The notes under the pieces were generated by a model that did not search any database, was not told the origin of the DNA, and was given only the letters and a program-made list of their open reading frames with translations. Source: Candidatus Marinacidobacterales bacterium (lineage in GTDB: Bacteria > Acidobacteriota > Vicinamibacteria > Marinacidobacterales > SMYC01). Taken from it: a stretch of 64,000 bases of DNA. The stretch covers positions 704,001-768,000 of the forward strand of contig CBDCYI010000005.1 in NCBI GenBank assembly GCA_965224085.1, given 5' to 3'. Positions 1 to 9,034 of this stretch are shown in pieces. The translations under genes and the position numbers were made by a program. Within the stretch, counting starts at the first letter, position 1; the number at the start of each line of letters is the position of its first letter.

Positions 1-207
1 CTGCCCTCACCGTTGTTGGGGTTCTGTCACTGAAGCACTTTGAGGCAGTGTGTCCGCGGGAATATGCTGGTGGAAAAGGTCTTCATCACCTAGTTGATCA
101 AGTTCGCGAATCCTACTCATAGGTTTGTCGGATCTTACCTATGCGGCTGTGTCGCCTGGCGCTACTCCTCTCAGATTCGTCGGCCGGCCGATAAGGTGAT
201 GTCTTAA

Positions 208-583
208 GATTCCTGTCAAAGAAAAACGATGTATGGTTCCCCAAGCTCAAACCCGTCCCCGTCATGGGGACAGAAAAGGAGAACCATACATCATGGGAAA
301 GGTACTACCGAGTCAGCGATTGCTCAAGCAGTTCGAGGAACAACTGGTATTTGGGGAGATGAATCTCTCGGAGATCGTCCGGTCGGGAGCTCAGATGATG
401 CTTCAATATGCGTTGGAGCGCGAGGTGACGGAGGCGTTGGGTCGAAACTACTATGAGAACGCTCCGGCAACGACGAAGGAGAAGGGACGACGCAACGGGT
501 ATGAGTCGCATCGGGTCCTCACGGGCGAGGGAGCGGTAACGGTGCAAGTGCCGCGGGTACGAGAAACAGAGAAGGTGTTTCAA
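208..583 (+). mobile_element. IS256-family element (IS256a) left end and 5' transposase fragment (ATG 293)
   Basis: MGKVLPS...LEREVTEALGR...RRNGY...VQVPRVR is the Mutator/IS256 N-terminus. Near-identical copy at 3926-4236. Hairpin gatgtatggttc (228-239)/gaaccatacatc (281-292) flanks the SD. Left-end position is approximate. Confidence 0.8.
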
Positions 584-915
584 CTGCAGTAAGGGAGAAC
601 GCGCGGTAGCGTCGAGCACGCGAAAGCGCGTGAGCGACATCGTTTTGTGCGTAGGTCGCGAGTAAGCCGAGCAGCCGATGAGCCTCGTCCTTGCCGTAGC
701 GTCGCGTGCGCACGAGCTGTTCGAAAAATACGGGTCCATCAGGGCCGAGCTCGGCAAAGCGTGCGGCGAGAAGTTCTACCCGACGTTGCTCGTCACGGCT
801 CGGCCTGTGCTCGGGCGTCGTGAGCTTTTGCTGCGCCCCGGGAGACGCCAACGTGTGACGAGCAAGCTCGGTGAGCTGGGGAGCGTAGACGATGAGCTCG
901 GAGTCGGTGACCCGA
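583..915 (-). pseudogene. IS21-family istA C-terminal fragment (piece 1)
   Basis: Reads ...VTDSELIVYAPQLTELARHTL...RFAELGPDGPVFFEQL...ALSRARRYRAFSLTAVE, which resembles an IstA C-terminus. Confidence 0.6.
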
Positions 916-1020
916 CGTCGAGCACTAACTCGCCATCGCGGTCCTCGATTCGGAATGTGGAAAGCGCGTTCGAGATGATCTTCTGGCGCGTTCCGCCATG
1001 AAGATCCTTCTCATCGATGT

Positions 1021-1199
1021 TCGAGCGCATCCTTTCGGCGCAGGCTCAGCCCAAGTCCGTGATGGACTCGCTCCTAGCCGAAGCCCAGCCACATCTTCGC
1101 CTCCTTGTCGGTGACGAGCCCGTCCTACCGCGCTCCACCGCGGATTATCTTTCTCTGCTGAAGCCTCATGACGGACCCAATGACGAAGAGCCTTCGTGA
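1021..1199 (+). pseudogene. IS21-family istA extreme C-terminus (piece 2, opposite strand)
   Basis: ERILSAQAQPKS...PRSTADYLSLL appears to continue directly from AFSLTAVE of piece 1. Confidence 0.55.
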
Positions 1200-1680
1200 G
1201 AACAGAGAATCGATTCATCGATCCGCAATCCTCGCTCGAGAAGGTCCTGCAACATCGCGGTGCACACCTGAGAGTTCTCCGTCGAGCCCAGCCATATACC
1301 CAGGGGCACCTTCGTTCCATCTATTGTGATACCGAGAGTTACGACGACGGTCTGTCCGGCCACCTCAAGGCCATCCATCATCAGTGCCGCAAGCTCGTAC
1401 TCCTCTAGCCGTCAAGACAGGTATTGCTCGAGCTTCTTAGTCGTCTGGCTCACGAGGTGACGGCTGGCGGCACTCTTGCTCGTGTCACGAGACTTCAACT
1501 TGGCCGCGGGTTTGTCCAGACTCGATTCGTAATTTCGGGTCGATACCCCCACCAAAATCTGATTCAACACTCGCTCTGGAAGCGGGTCTTCTTCGCGGAA
1601 GGCTTTGAAGTGTGGGAGCGACGCCTCCTCGCCAGACTTCGAACGCACTTGAGGTCGCGACACTTGGATTCGACGTGTCC
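1200..1680 (-). pseudogene. IS256-family transposase (IS256b) internal fragment with in-frame stop
   Basis: RPQVRSKSGEE...GVSTRNY...SKSAASR...*...LMMDGLEVAG...LGITIDGTKVPLGIWLGSTEN carries the IS256 DDE region. TAG at 1412-1414. Confidence 0.8.
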
Positions 1681-1717
1681 ACGGAGTTGAGAAAAGCCAG
1701 GAACTTGGGAGGTTTCA

Positions 1718-2007
1718 ATGAAAGACAATAGAATGATTGCCGAGTTGATATCGGAGTTTGTAGCACAGTTGGAGAAGCAGCTGCATGAGCTAAATTCACG
1801 AATTACTACTGTTCTTGCTGAGCCGGAGGCTTCTGAACCGGAGGTTGCTGAGCCAGAGGTTGCTGAGCCAGAGGTTGCTAGCCAGAGGCTTCTGAGTCAG
1901 AGGCTGCCGAACCGGAGGCTGCTGAGCCGGAGGCTTCTGAGCCGGAGACTTCTGAGCCAGAGGTAGACGATGGCGATTCGCAATCCCAGGAAGACCGCGC
2001 AAAGTAA
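1718..2007 (+). pseudogene. small acidic protein with (A/S)EPE(A/V) repeats, frameshifted in repeat 5
   Basis: SD GGAGG precedes ATG 1718. Restoring 1 nt at about 1880 gives an in-frame repeat tail ending at TAA 2005-2007. Confidence 0.5.
1817..1965 (+). repeat. 15-bp tandem repeat x10 (gctgagccrgaggyt)
   Basis: Ten units counted directly; unit 5 (1877-1890) is 14 bp. Confidence 0.9.
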
Positions 2008-2139
2008 TGGACGGCAATAGAACTGAGACAGGGGATAGGCGTTAGTGCATGAAACCTGTGATCCGCAAAAAAGAAGATCGCGTACCGCCTGGATCGACTT
2101 TTTGCGGAGCACAGGAGGTGCCAACGGGCGAGGGAGATG

Positions 2140-2267
2140 TTGGCGAACGGGTTGCTATCTTGTGGTCCTTTCCTTCATGGCGGTGTCTCCTTCCGTAGGT
2201 CCCTTCAGGCCGTGTTTCGACGACGCGGAAGGTTATACTTCCACCTTTACTCTATTTCCACACCTTC
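2140..2267 (-). mobile_element. probable IS256-family left end (pointing leftwards)
   Basis: Minus strand reads gaaggtgtggaaatagagt..., then TGGAAA-N17-TATAAC, a hairpin ccttccg/cggaagg over SD aaggag, and ATG at 2178. Same strand as the IS256b fragment. Confidence 0.45.
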
Positions 2268-2279
2268 TGAGGTAGCTCT

Positions 2280-3650
2280 ATGGACATCGTCCTTGCCTTT
2301 AGCGCGTTGTGCATCTTGCTGGTGGTCGGCAAGATCCTGCGAGTCGAGATCCGCCTGTTCCAGAAGCTTTACCTGCCAGCATCGGTGATCGGGGGTCTGC
2401 TCGGGCTGATCCTCGTCCAGACGATCGGCGGCTTCCTACCCGAAGCGACGACGGCGGGCTGGACTCGGCTGCCAGGATTCCTCATCAACATCGTCTTTGC
2501 GGCCCTCTTCCTGGGAGTCTTCATTCCACCGATCAGACGCATCTGGGGGCTCGCCGGGCCGCAGTTGGCGTACGGTCAAATCGTGGCCTGGGGCCAGTAC
2601 GTCGTCGGCCTTGGGGTGGCGGTCGTGCTTCTAACACCGGTTTTTGACATCCCGGGGGCCATCGGCACCATCATTCCGGTCGGCTTCGAGGGTGGGCACG
2701 GCACGGCCGCTGGTCTGGAGCTGGTCTTCGATGCCTATGCCTGGCCCGAGGGCAGGGACCTAGCCCTCACGTCGGCGACCTGCGGCGTCCTGTTTGCCAT
2801 CATCGTCGGGATGGCGCTCGTCAACTGGGCGGCGCGCCGGGGCTACACCCAGCAACTGAAGCGCATTGAGGACATGCCCGAGAGCAGTATCGTAGGCGTC
2901 TACGACCCAGCCGAACGGCCGAGCGCCGGGAGCCAGACCGTGTCGGCGGCGTCAATCGACAGCCTCAGCTTCCATCTCGCCATCATCGGTCTCGGTGTCT
3001 TCATTGGCTATCTGATCCACAGCGGCTTGGTGCGCGTTGAGCTCCTGGTGCGGTCTCCAAGCGCCGACGGTCGCGCCTTTTTCGACAGTTTCCCGCTCTT
3101 TCCGCTGTGCATGATCGGTGGTCTGGTGGTGCAGGTCTTTTTCGCCAACTTCACCAAGCGCAATCCGCTCGACCATCGTCTCATGCAGCGCCTCTCGGGC
3201 ACCGCCATGGATTTCCTGGTGGTGGCTGCGATCTCGACCATCAATGTGGAGGTGGTGCTGGGGGGGCTCGTGCCCTTGGCGATCCTGGTTGCCGCCGGGG
3301 TGCTGTGGAACGTCTTCTGCGTGGTGTGGCTGGCGCGTCGCCTCTTGCCAGCGGATTCGTGGTTCGAGCGCTCGATCGCCGAGATGGGGCAATCGATGGG
3401 CGTCACCGCCACCGGCCTCTTGCTGTTGCGCGTTGTCGATCCCGAGGGCGACACGGACGCCACCTCGGCCTTCGGTTACAAGCAGCTCATGCACGAGCCG
3501 TTCATGGGCGGCGGGCTGTGGACCAGCGCCGCCATTCCGCTGGCGCTCGCCTACAATCCGGTGTTGGTTCTAGGCATCAGCGCCGGGGCGGTAGCGCTCT
3601 GGTTGCTGGTGTGGGCGCTGTTGTTTCGCGGTCGGCTCGGCCTCGGCTGA
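2280..3650 (+). CDS. sodium/glutamate symporter (GltS family)
   Basis: 456 aa multi-TM protein with GFEGGHGTAA, LPASVIGG and GVTATGLLLLRVVDP motifs. Confidence 0.9.
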   Translation: MDIVLAFSALCILLVVGKILRVEIRLFQKLYLPASVIGGLLGLILVQTIGGFLPEATTAGWTRLPGFLINIVFAALFLGVFIPPIRRIWGLAGPQLAYGQIVAWGQYVVGLGVAVVLLTPVFDIPGAIGTIIPVGFEGGHGTAAGLELVFDAYAWPEGRDLALTSATCGVLFAIIVGMALVNWAARRGYTQQLKRIEDMPESSIVGVYDPAERPSAGSQTVSAASIDSLSFHLAIIGLGVFIGYLIHSGLVRVELLVRSPSADGRAFFDSFPLFPLCMIGGLVVQVFFANFTKRNPLDHRLMQRLSGTAMDFLVVAAISTINVEVVLGGLVPLAILVAAGVLWNVFCVVWLARRLLPADSWFERSIAEMGQSMGVTATGLLLLRVVDPEGDTDATSAFGYKQLMHEPFMGGGLWTSAAIPLALAYNPVLVLGISAGAVALWLLVWALLFRGRLGLG

Positions 3651-3742
3651 ATCGGCACCGGCGGGCGTGGGGTAGGTGCCTGATGGGGTGCTTCCGCCAT
3701 TAAGTGTTGGTGAGATGACGCTAAGATTTTACGGTGCATTAG

Positions 3743-3912
3743 CCCTAATCGAACAATAATTCATGACGCTAGCGCGAGTTCGATTCTTTCAAAGAGTGTC
3801 TGAGTGGAGGAGTTTGTGGCCATTCGGAGCGCGTTTCGACCACTAACGCGAACGAGGCGGCCGGCTTTGTTGATGATGCGGAAGCGGATGGTGCAGATGG
3901 TGTTCAGCAGAT
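3743..3912 (-). mobile_element. IS1380-family transposase C-terminal fragment and right end
   Basis: Minus frame reads ICTIRFRIINKAGRLVRVSGRNALRM...ALAS*; stop at 3761-3763. Confidence 0.6.
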
Positions 3913-3925
3913 GGGTGCATGTACG

Positions 3926-4585
3926 AGAAAAGGAGAACCATACATCATGGGAAAGGTACTACCGAGTCAGCGATTGCTCAAGCAGTTCGAGGAACAACTG
4001 GTATTTGGGGAGATGAATTTCTCGGAGATCGTCCGGTCGGGAGCTCAGATGATGCTTCAATATGCGTTGGAGCGCGCGGTGACGGAGGCGTTGGGTCGAA
4101 ACTACTATGAGAACGCTCCGGCAACGACGAAGGAGAAGGGACGACGCAACGGGTATGAGTCGCATCGGGTCCTCACGGGCGAGGGAGCGGTAACGGTGCA
4201 AGTGCCGCGGGTACGAGAAACAGAGAAGGTGTTTCAGTCAAAGATTCTCGACGCCTACGTGAGCCGGACCGAGAAACTCGATGAACTGATCGCGCGGATG
4301 TACGTCCACGGGATGTCGACGCGTGACATTGAGGCGACGTTCGCGGACGTGCTGAGCGGCACGGGTGTCTCGAAGTCGGTGGTGAGCCGGGTCACACGGT
4401 GTCTGTCGGAGGATTTCGAGGCGTTTCGAAAACGGGATCTCTCGAACGAGAAGCTGTTGTATCTCGAGCTCGACGGCACGTACCTGCGCTACCACCAAGG
4501 AGCGGAGAGGAAAGAGCCCATCCTCGTTGCTACCGGCTATCGCGCTGATGGGACGCGAGATCTTCTTCATATCGGTGTCGGCAAC
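3926..4585 (+). pseudogene. IS256a transposase 5' half (second copy, ATG 3947), 3'-truncated
   Basis: GMSTRDI, SKSVVSR and LDGTY...ILVATG motifs; ends at GN where recombinase DNA begins. Confidence 0.85.
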
Positions 4586-5289
4586 AGACCGGGGACCGGC
4601 TGACGCCGAGCCACACCAAAAAGAAAAACGGGCAACGGCTCCGCTACTACGTCTCCCGGCGCCTCATCCAGCACAGTGGCCAAAAGGAGACCTCTCCGGC
4701 TGGCGCCTGCCCGCCCCGATGCTGGAACAGACCGTCGTGCATCTCATCCGACAGCATGTGGATGCCACGACCTTCTCGGCCTCGCTGACCCATACTCCGA
4801 CGATGCAAGAGCTCGCCTCGGTGCGTCGCTTTTTAGACGGGCTGTGTTCCGGCAGTAACAATGATAGTGCCTCGGTAGCCCCCCTGCTCCGTCTTATCCG
4901 GCGGGTCGATATCAGCCCCGGCTCTGTGTCCATCCTGCTCGACCGCAATGCGTTCGCTGCTTGCCTGTCTATGGGGCCCCCGACCGCATTCGCGAGGATG
5001 CACTCCGCATCCACGCACCGTTCCGCTTGCGTCGACGCGGCGTCGAGACCAAGCTCGTTCTGGGCAACCCCACGAAATCCGTCGACCGCACACTCCTGCG
5101 CAATATCAGAAACGCCCTCTCCTGGCTCGACCGAATCAAAGCAGGCAAAACCTATGAGCAGATTGCCACCGAAAACGCCATCCCAACGGACCGCGTGCGC
5201 AAGGCAATCCGCTATGCCTTCCTGGCCCCCGACATTGTCCGCGCCATTGTCGAAGGTCGCCAGCCCGTTGGGCTGACCTCGAGCTACCT
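4586..5289 (+). pseudogene. 3' half of large serine recombinase (diverged, frameshifted duplicate of about 12390-13089)
   Basis: Near-identical DNA to the intact gene, with indels at about 4688 and 4975-4980. Confidence 0.9.
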
Positions 5290-5461
5290 GTGCCTTCTAT
5301 TTATTCAGACGCGCGCCCCGAACTTGATTAGTTTCCAGTCTACCGGCACCCAATGCCTGCACGATTTAGTCATTTGTTCGCGCTCTCATCCCTGCTTTCA
5401 AGACTCGTCGCGAGCACCCGGCCGTCTCGCGCTTCTTAGGCCGTCCTGTGCCAAAACTCGG

Positions 5462-6064
5462 AGCTGGTAGTCATCAAGATGGACGCCGACATTGGCGAGG
5501 ATATCGTCCGTAGCAAAATGCGGACGCTTGGCATTTCCCGTAATCGATTCGACGAGCTCTGTAAAAAGCGAAGAGCAGCACGATTTGTGGCGAATAGCGC
5601 GCACCTTCCCGCTGATAGAAAAGAAACTCTTGATCGGTGCTGTATCCGGCAGTGCCTCCGTTGATCACTTCCACCGGACATGTGCCTTACCGGTTCAGCG
5701 TAGTTTCTAGCACCTGGGTCACCGTTCGCTCGATCGGCACCGTATAGGCTTCGAGGAACGAATCACCGAGCGCCAGAATCCGCGTAGTGCCGGCAGGCAC
5801 TGCATACCCCCGGTTCGGATCGCGCAACCCGAGCGAATTGATCGCCACCTCGACTGTGTATTCACGACGCCGATAGGTGACGCGGGTGTTGGGTGTGTGC
5901 CTCCAGCCGAGCACCGGATCGAATTCGTGGTATCGCGTGACCTCCGCGGCTTCCTTCCCCGCCCCTCGAAACATGCGCTCCACCCGCGCCACGCCTTCCA
6001 TTGCGAGCAGGGTGATGGCGACCGACGCGACAGCGAGCAACAGCTTGAAGAACAGCGATTTCAT
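5462..6064 (-). pseudogene. SGNH/GDSL hydrolase-family membrane-anchored protein, internal stop and 3' truncation
   Basis: N-terminal TM, DPVLGW, INSLGLRD, ILALGDSF, then TAA 5687-5689, then EVINGGTAGYSTDQE. Confidence 0.8.
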
Positions 6065-6339
6065 GAATTCCGGTCTCTCGAGCTTCAGCGGATTATAGAT
6101 GAGCCCGGCGAGTTGTGCTTGGCCTGACTTGCCGTTTGCCGGTCCGCTGCCGCCCGGCCCCCGGTTCAGCACCCGGCTCCCCTATTTGGCGCAAATGTGT
6201 CCCTCGGAAATCGAGATTAGAGACCAAATCCGAAAATGAGGCCCGTTCCGCCCTTCTAGCGCGTCTCTGGTGCCACCTAATCCTGGAAAACCCCGCCAAC
6301 CGCGCGGAAAATCTCACCCGTCTCTGCAGGGCCACAATC

Positions 6340-6586
6340 GGCCAGACTGGGTGGCGGATGGGGCAGTTTGGAGCTATCCGGTCTCGGCTGAAAACCATCA
6401 ATAACAGGGAATTAACAGGGAATTTGGGCCATTTTTTGCCGATTCGGCCGTTTTTCACGTGATAACTCTCTATATTTCAAATGGTTAGATGGCAATTCCC
6501 TGTTCCGAAAGAACAGGGAATTTGAAATAGGCGAACAGCGAATTGCTCTGGGAAAACAGGGAATTGAGATGAGCGAACAGGGAAAT
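6340..6586 (+). repeat. tRNA-3'-like remnant followed by AACAGGGAA(TT) repeat array (element end)
   Basis: TGGCGGA at 6352. AACAGGGAA at 6403, 6414, 6512, 6555, 6576; variant AACAGCGAA at 6534; inverted copy at 6496. Confidence 0.75.
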
Positions 6587-6761
6587 ATCACGAGCAGCAC
6601 GTGAGGGGTTCAATTCAAAAGAGTTCCATCTCCGACCTGGGGCAAGAATGTCCGGGTCGTCGTTCCGAACGCTGTTCACTCCGGTGCTAACGGCACGTTT
6701 CTCGTATGAGCCGCCATAGGGTTCACGCGTGTGTCTGCCCGCTGCCGACGTGACTGATACA

Positions 6762-7055
6762 ATGGGGCTTCGGGGCAAGCGTCTCAGGCTTTCTGACGAC
6801 GATTGGCGCAGGCTCGCCGTCAAGGCCCAGGCTTTGGGGCCGCGAGGCGCTGGCCCCGATTGCGTCCGTTGCCACATCCGCTACGCTTCTGCGCTGGTAC
6901 CGCTACCTCATCGCAGCCCCAAGTACGATGGCAGCAAGAACCGGAGCCCAGGCCGACCTCCGACGGCGAAGGACATCCGTGAGCTCATTGTACGCGTGGC
7001 GCAGGCGAACCCGACATGGGAATATACGCGCCTGCGGGGCGCACTCAAGAACCTC
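6762..7055 (+). pseudogene. rve-integrase (IS481/IS3-like) transposase N-terminal fragment
   Basis: GKRLRLSDDDWRRLAVKAQALG, (T)LLRWYR, KYDGS...PGRPP...ANPTWEYTRLRGALKNL; frameshifted. Confidence 0.75.
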
Positions 7056-7120
7056 AAACACAGACACTAAGCTGCTGATTTATAGTCTATTTCAAAAGGG
7101 CCGAGTTTTGGCACAGGACG

Positions 7121-8084
7121 CCGTGGCCCGTTGGCATCGCGACCGATTCCGACGGTACTGGGCAAAGATCTCGCAGCGCCGCCACCCCGGTCGACCTCGG
7201 ATTGATGCCGAGATTCGTCGCCTCGTCCGCACGATGGCGCAAGACGGCTGGGGGGCGCCACGCATCCATGCTGAGCTCACCAAGCTCGGTTTCATCATCT
7301 CCGAGAGCACGGTGTCGCGATACCTGCCGCGGCGTCCCGCGGAGCCCGACCAGCTGAAGCGATGGATGGCTTTCTTGCGCAACCATAAAGACGATATCGT
7401 CGCCATGGATCTGTTCACCGTGCCCACCGCATCGCTCCGGCTGCTGTACGGCTTCTTCGTCATCGAGCACGGCCGTCGGCACATCGTTCACTTCAACGCC
7501 ACGTTCCACCCGACGTCTGCTTGGGTTATTCAGCAACTGCGTGAGGCGTTTCCCTACGACACCGCTCCGAAATATCTCATCTTAGATCGCGACTTTATCT
7601 TTAGCGCTACGGTCATCGAGTTCATCAAGGCAACGGGCACAAAACCCGTTCGCACTTCGTTTCGCAGCCCATGGCAAAACGGAACCGCGGAGCGGTGGGT
7701 CGGCAGTTGCCGTCGCGAGCTCCTTGAGCACGTCGTGGTTCTCAGCGCATGTCATCTCATCCGGCTCGTGCGAGCTTACATCAGCTACTATCATGAGGAC
7801 CGTTGCCACTTGGGGCTGAACAAGGACACACCGAGCTTGAGAGCGGTCACGCACCGACCGTCTCCTACGGCGAAAGTCGTCGTACTGCCGCGAGTCGGTG
7901 GACTGCACCACCGATACGAGTGGCGAGAGGCAGCCTGAGTCAGCTTGGTCGCTCGCGTTACTCGGCTGGTCGCCGAGAAGTTCGTCCTCAGCACCTTCCC
8001 TCGCGCGCTGACCACGCTCTCCAGCATGGGTTTGAGGGCGGTCCGGGCCTAGATCCAGTCCCGGACTAATAATGATGATGGACA
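7121..8084 (+). mobile_element. rve-integrase IS, 5'-truncated transposase (stop 7938) plus right end
   Basis: WGAPRIHAEL, MDLFTV, ILDRD, SPWQNGTAERWVGSCRRE and GGLHHRY motifs; ends ataatgatgatggaca. Confidence 0.85.
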
Positions 8085-8127
8085 GACGGAAGAAACCTAT
8101 CGCTCCGCTCAACGCGTTGCAGAACAG

Positions 8128-8690
8128 TTGGAAGAGTCGGGCTTGACCGAGCCTGTGAAGCGAGCGAGTACGGAGAGGATCGCCGCGGATTTTGCGCACT
8201 TTCTCGTCCTCACCAAGAAAGTCATCAACCAAACCCAACGCCGAGTGATCGACGAAGAGCGTGTGCCTGCAGAGGAAAAGGTCGTTTCTGTCTTCGAAGA
8301 ACACACCGACATTATTCGCAAAGACCGGCGCGAGACCCTCTACGGTCACAAGGTGTGTCTGACTGGTGGTTCGTCCTCGATGATTTTGGATTGCGTGATC
8401 TTGGATGGGAATCCGGCCGATTCAACTCTCGCGGAAACCATGATCGACCGTCAAGTCGAACTCTACGAGCGGGCCCCGCGCCAGGTCGCCTACGATGGCG
8501 CGTTTTCTTCAAAGGCAAACTTGGAAGCCATCAAAGGCAAGGGAGTTGAAGATGTTGCCTTTACCAAGGCTCAAGGTTTCGCCGTGACCGATATGGTCAA
8601 GAGTTCCTGGGTCTATCAACGCCTGCGGCGATTTCGCTGCGGGATCGAAGGCGTCATTTCGTTCTTGAAACGAGTCTTTGGTCTCGACCG
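8128..8690 (+). pseudogene. ISNCY/IS5-like DDE transposase internal fragment
   Basis: EKVVSVFEEHTDIIRK...YGHK, GNPADS, VAYDGAF and RFRCGIEGVISFLKR motifs. Confidence 0.8.
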
Positions 8691-8693
8691 ATC

Positions 8694-8933
8694 GTCACGC
8701 CCCGACCATCACCGACCGCAAAAGTCGTCGCGTTGCCGCGAGTGGGTGGGCTCCACCACCGCTACGAATGGCGCGACGCCGCCTGAGCCAGTTTAGTCGC
8801 TCGCGTTACTCGGCTGGTCGCCGAGAAGTTCGTCCTCAGCAGCTTCCCTCGCACGCTGACCACGCTCTCCAGCATGTGCTCGAGGGAGGTCCGGGCATGG
8901 AGTCCAGTCCCGGATTAATAATGATGATGGACA
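8694..8933 (+). mobile_element. second, diverged 3' end of the rve-integrase IS
   Basis: VTPRPSPTAKVVALPRVGGLHHRYEWRDAA* plus a tail of about 146 bp matching 7939-8084. Confidence 0.9.
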
Positions 8934-9034
8934 ACCGACTCGACCCTCAAAACGTCCTACATGAAGACGACCAAAGCATCCTGGTTGCAGGCAGTTCGCC
9001 GATCTCCTGCAACTCGAGTTTATGGAAAGGACAC

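Larger units (their letters stand above)
5442..7120. repeat. 20-bp perfect inverted repeats (5442-5461 and 7101-7120), IS-end-like
   Basis: cgtcctgtgccaaaactcgg and its reverse complement ccgagttttggcacaggacg. Confidence 0.85.

Noticed and set aside
1817-1965. Repeat array as CRISPR
   Set aside because: Contiguous 15-bp coding repeats with no spacers and no cas genes.
6340-6390. Functional tRNA gene
   Set aside because: Only a degenerate 3' end is present; no cloverleaf or intact GTTC T-loop.
6928-7938. 336-aa ORF as an intact integrase
   Set aside because: The first 64 codons or so are chimeric read-through across another fragment and an IS end.
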